Assembly: GCA_000708835.1 (NCBI GenBank)
Contig: DF237564.1
Location: 1 to 51,209 of the forward strand
Direction: 5' to 3'
Source of the DNA: Klebsormidium nitens
Taxonomy: Eukaryota > Plantae > Klebsormidiophyceae
DNA: 51,209 bases
Part shown: positions 47,369 to 51,209 of the stretch, piece by piece
How the letters are laid out: each line of letters opens with the position of its first letter
Position numbering within the stretch: the stretch's first letter is position 1
Position numbers and translations under genes: made by a program
The notes under the pieces: model-generated
The model's database searches: none
What the model saw: only the letters and a program-made list of their open reading frames with translations
What the model was told of the DNA's origin: nothing

Positions 47369-48260
47369 GTGACTCTGACAGTGGTTACGGGCTGTGGTTA
47401 GGAAAGTGACAGTGACGCTGACATGGTGACATTGACATTGACATTGACAGTGACAGTGACCGGGGCTCTCAGGTGACATTAGGGTTATGTTGCAAACCTG
47501 TAACGGTTTGTGGCAATCGACTAGCGTTATGTTAGGGTTACGTCATTTCCAAGTGACATTAGGGTTACTCACTGACAGTGACAACCGGGCAGAGTACTTT
47601 TGGTTTAGGGTATGTAGCCACTTCCTCTGACCCTGTCCCCATCTGTACCGGAGGCCGTACCGCAAACTGTACGGTAAATCTGACAACTCTGACGGAGTTC
47701 TGATCGAAGGACCTGATCTGACACTTTAATCCACGCGTACACCTTCAGAGCCAATGATCCCGCGTGCGAAGTATTTTCCACACTTTTTGAAGTCTGAGAC
47801 ACTAATAAAAGGAGAATGCTTTCAACTTTGTCGTACTTGCGCCAGTGGCGCAAGAGGCACAAAGTTGCTGAATAAATTTTGGTAGAATCGGACGCGGTAC
47901 TCGACGGTTCGGACGTGGTCGGACACTCAAACCTGGTCGGGTAGCCTCGAAGCACACTAAAAACCTAACACCAATGGCTCTGCCGTTAGTGGGAACCCTA
48001 ATCGTAGAGCAGTCACAGGGAAGGAATGTAACCCTAACAAACCGTCACAGGGAAGGGGCGTAACCCTAACACACAGTCAGTGCTTTGTGACTTGACCCTA
48101 AGGCTAGTACGAGTGCCCGGTTGACTTCGTGGTACTAGGTCCGGTCCTCGTACAAATTCCTGACGGTGGGTACCGTTCCGGTCGATCGACGGTCTCGATC
48201 GTCCGTCTCCAACTCTACCAAAATTTATTCGGGAACTTTGTCCGTTTTGCGTCAGTGGCC
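47369..48260. mobile_element. Foldback/MITE-like non-autonomous element relic with inverted arms and telo-box-like motifs
   Basis: Left arm: GTGACA/TGACAT hexamer run and TTAGGGTTA x3 (47479, 47532, 47559). Right arm: GTCACAGGGAAGG-NNN-GTAACCCTAAC x2 and AACCCTAA (47994-48070). Inverted pairs caaccgggca..gtac (47582-47597) with gtac..tgcccggttg (48107-48123), and 47845-47886 with about 48215-48258. No coding capacity recognised. Confidence 0.5.
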
Positions 48261-49360
48261 ACGTTCAGTTCATGGTTCCCGCGGTTCACGGTTCCCGATC
48301 GCCGTCGGCCTTGGCAGAATCCAAATTAATTCATCCAAATGGGTACTACCAGTCTACCAATACCGTATCATCATTCATGTACAGTATGTCCAGACTCCAG
48401 AGTCCAGACCACCGAGTCCGGAGCCAGTGCAATTAATTGGGGCTTGTCCAGGCCCAAGCTGGACCCTGGCGTCCAGGGTCCTTGGCAATGGTCACATCAT
48501 ACATGTTTCAATCAGGGATGCCTGCAGCCTGTACATTGTATACTGTTCAGTCTTAGACAGAGTACCGTACGGTATGATCAATCATCACAGCACTGCAGCT
48601 CATGTGTGAGTCGTGATGTATGACACGCATTGGGCTGCCCTCGCATGTTGCGTGTTGAAGGCAACTTTCCTGCTGTGAACGATTGAGCCCTGAAGGAGGC
48701 AAGGCCGCTACAATCTGGGCGATGATCTAGCTTCAGCCTACTTTGAGGAAGACAAAGAAAAAACTGAGCGTGGCTCCATGAAGCATTCGGACTTTCGGAA
48801 TATGACCAGGCAAGCTACACGGTTAATGCAGCTGGCTAGATTGTATTCTCCCTAGGCTGGCGGAATTCGTTGAGCTTGCATTGAAACCTTTGAAACGATT
48901 TGATAAGGCGCGCCAACGTCTCCATGCTGTTTCTACCGGTCCTTCTACTCTCATGCCTAGTGTTATACCTGAGACTTCTGGTCGCTTTGGCTCGACGGCT
49001 GATTGCCTGTAGCTTCATGAGCAGCTCATCAGGGATTGAGTAGTATTGACATTTAAAGGGTAACAGGTCACCTCTACGCTGCATCATACCTGCAATAATC
49101 ATCGTCGTACTAGTACCGGCCAGCTGACCTAGAAGAAATCTTTCAATCCCTTCAGGCAGATGACCAAGTGCAATATGTGGCATGCATGACTTCCTAGTTG
49201 CAGGTTGCAACAACCAGTTGGATATTTAACATACTGATTTCCTTCGCGCAAGCAACGCCTCGCTCAATGTGACTCTAGAGACTGGAATAAACTGGAAGAA
49301 AGTGAGCTTAGCAACGGACTTGCAACAGCGTGCGCGGCACGCATTGATTGAGCTGCCAAG

Positions 49361-51209
49361 ATGGAGGCAGGGGCATTGGACGAACAGAGTCCAGTACAAG
49401 CACTGGAAGAGGCGACAAGAGAAGAGCTGAAGGCTCTCTGCCGCATAGCTTGGCCGGTTGCCGTGGCCAACTGCCTGATGAATCTGCGGCTGCTGATATC
49501 GCTTGCCTTCCTGGGGCGCCTCGGTCACATAGAGCTTGCCGTTGAGTTGTACTTTCACATTGAATTTCTCATGTTGACCACTTGCAAGCGTGTGACTCAA
49601 ATCAGTCGCATGATTCTAATTTGTCACCACACTAAAGCGCGCCAGTATGGGATCATGTGCATTCTGGGTAATTTCAGCCTGAAACCCTAGTATCAAAGTT
49701 CCCGTCTGGCGGTATGGCTCTCGAATTTTGAAAGGTCCTCGATTCCAATGTAGGATCCAATCAGGCTTCGAGGGGTTGCTGACAAGCTCTTGAGGCACTG
49801 GGTAAGACTCGGAGAGGCAGGAAAGGCGCCCAACATCAATCTCAGAAGGTACCAAAAAACAATTCACGATCACTGAGGTGTACAATCTGGCCAGGCAGGT
49901 ATCTCAGCTGCATACATGTTGCTCGCTTGCAGGGGGTGGTCTCGCATTGACAACAGTGAATGTTACCGCGCAAGCTGTGATGTTTGGTCTGGCTCTGGCC
50001 CTGGAGCCACTTCTAGGAGGAGCGTACGGAGCAAAAGATTTCAAAGCCATGGTAAGTTTAGTACGAAAGCACCTACAACAAACTTCTCTTGCCTAGTGAA
50101 GGCCTTTCAATTGGACTGGTAAGTGTGCGCCATTCTGAGCTCAAAAGCAGATTTGACAATAGCTCACCAAAGAAAGTCCACCAGATACGATCCCGGTCCC
50201 TGCAAGAGCGTTGTCTCTAGTGGATTCAATCACATAACCCCATATGTGGAGACTCGATCGCATCCACGAAGTTCGAATTCCTCAGCGGGTGCCTACCTTA
50301 CCAAAGTCACGCTTCTGGATTTGGTGGTAGCTGCCAAACTAATGTGAATGAAACCAGGGATCCGGAGCGTATTCCAGCTGCTTCTTTGTTATTGTCCAGT
50401 GAGTGAAACCAAACCTTGTTTGTTCTGATCAGGGGTCGCCCAACGAAAGTATACTTGAAACGCGCTGCACGGTTTCAGCTTCTGCACGGTCTACTTATCT
50501 GAAACCTTGTACTAGATCAATTTCGTCTTTGCAGGGCGCGTGGCTGCAACGGAGTCTCCTCATCCTCTGGCTGACTGGTGTGCCCATTTCTATTCTTTGG
50601 CTGAATGCCGAGCCAATCCTGATTGCGTGCGCCCAAGACCCGGCGATAGCCCACGTCACTGGAGCGTTCCTACGGTATCTGTTGCCACAGGTGTTCCTCC
50701 TTGGTGCAATCATGCCGCTCCGCCTCTTCCTGCGGTCCCAGGTGAGACTCGGCCCATCAGGCGCCCCGAGTCACGAGGTAGAGATTCCGGACACGGGCAG
50801 AGAGCCAACGCAATATCTCAAAGTCACACAAAGTACGCTATCCATAGAGGATTTGCAAGAATCCAGCATGACTGGATGCCAGACACGTCCGCTTGTCTTC
50901 GGCGCACGATCAGTTCTTCAATGTCGAGCACCAACTGCTGATCATCCACTGCTTCTATAACCCTTCCGCTTTTGGAACCGTGGACGACATCAGGCTTGCT
51001 CGCACATTCACTTATAGAGGCACGTTATCGTTGAACCGACAGGCTGCGCTCGGTTGTAACGATTACGACTGGTTAAGCCTAACCTCGTTCTCGACAGGAT
51101 TTCGTTGACTCCTGCGGGTTAGCGAAACGGCGGTGGTTACGTCGTAACGACGCACTGCGTGTCTGTCTGTAAGACGGCGTGATATCCCGGATGGATCGGC
51201 TTCAGTGAG
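49361..51209 (+). CDS. MATE (DTX-family) efflux transporter, 5' part; gene runs off the window
   Basis: Exons about 49361-49541, 49933-50051, 50535-50741. ELKALCRIAWP...LAFLGRLGHIELA|GGGLALTTVNVTAQAVMFGLALALEPLLGGAYGAKDFKAM|GAWLQRSLLIL...PLRLFLRSQ matches MATE TM1-TM5. The first donor is non-canonical (see findings). Confidence 0.85.

Noticed and set aside
47479-48101. Interstitial telomere or chromosome end
   Set aside because: The motifs are dispersed, non-tandem and in both orientations, and genes continue on both sides.

Overview
Gene-dense eukaryotic nuclear DNA with GT-AG introns (about 200-1,150 bp) and GC-rich exons. The gene content is streptophyte-like (plant-type NBR1, TRB with GH1 domain, UPL6, plant SAM protein), so a charophyte alga such as Klebsormidium is the likely source; that is inference. 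I assembled seven complete spliced genes by hand, with exon phases checked to give intact frames: NBR1 (+), ALKBH6 (-), POLH (+), a divergent telobox-type Myb gene (-), an unusually long TRB/SMH gene (+), a SAM-domain gene (-) and the HECT E3 UPL6 (+). A MATE transporter (+) runs off the window end. Three pairs are head-to-head. Highlights: (1) TRB sits head-to-head with an apparent paralog that shares its Myb-domain intron position but has a remodelled recognition helix, no GH1 and an unrecognised C-terminal helical region; (2) a tRNA-derived, T-tailed SINE with a perfect 18-bp target-site duplication lies between them; (3) six splice junctions in four genes have degenerate copies of themselves in the adjacent intron, including a four-copy 127-bp array and in-frame alternative acceptors; (4) a foldback-like element carries telo-box-like motifs. 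No database searches were run.
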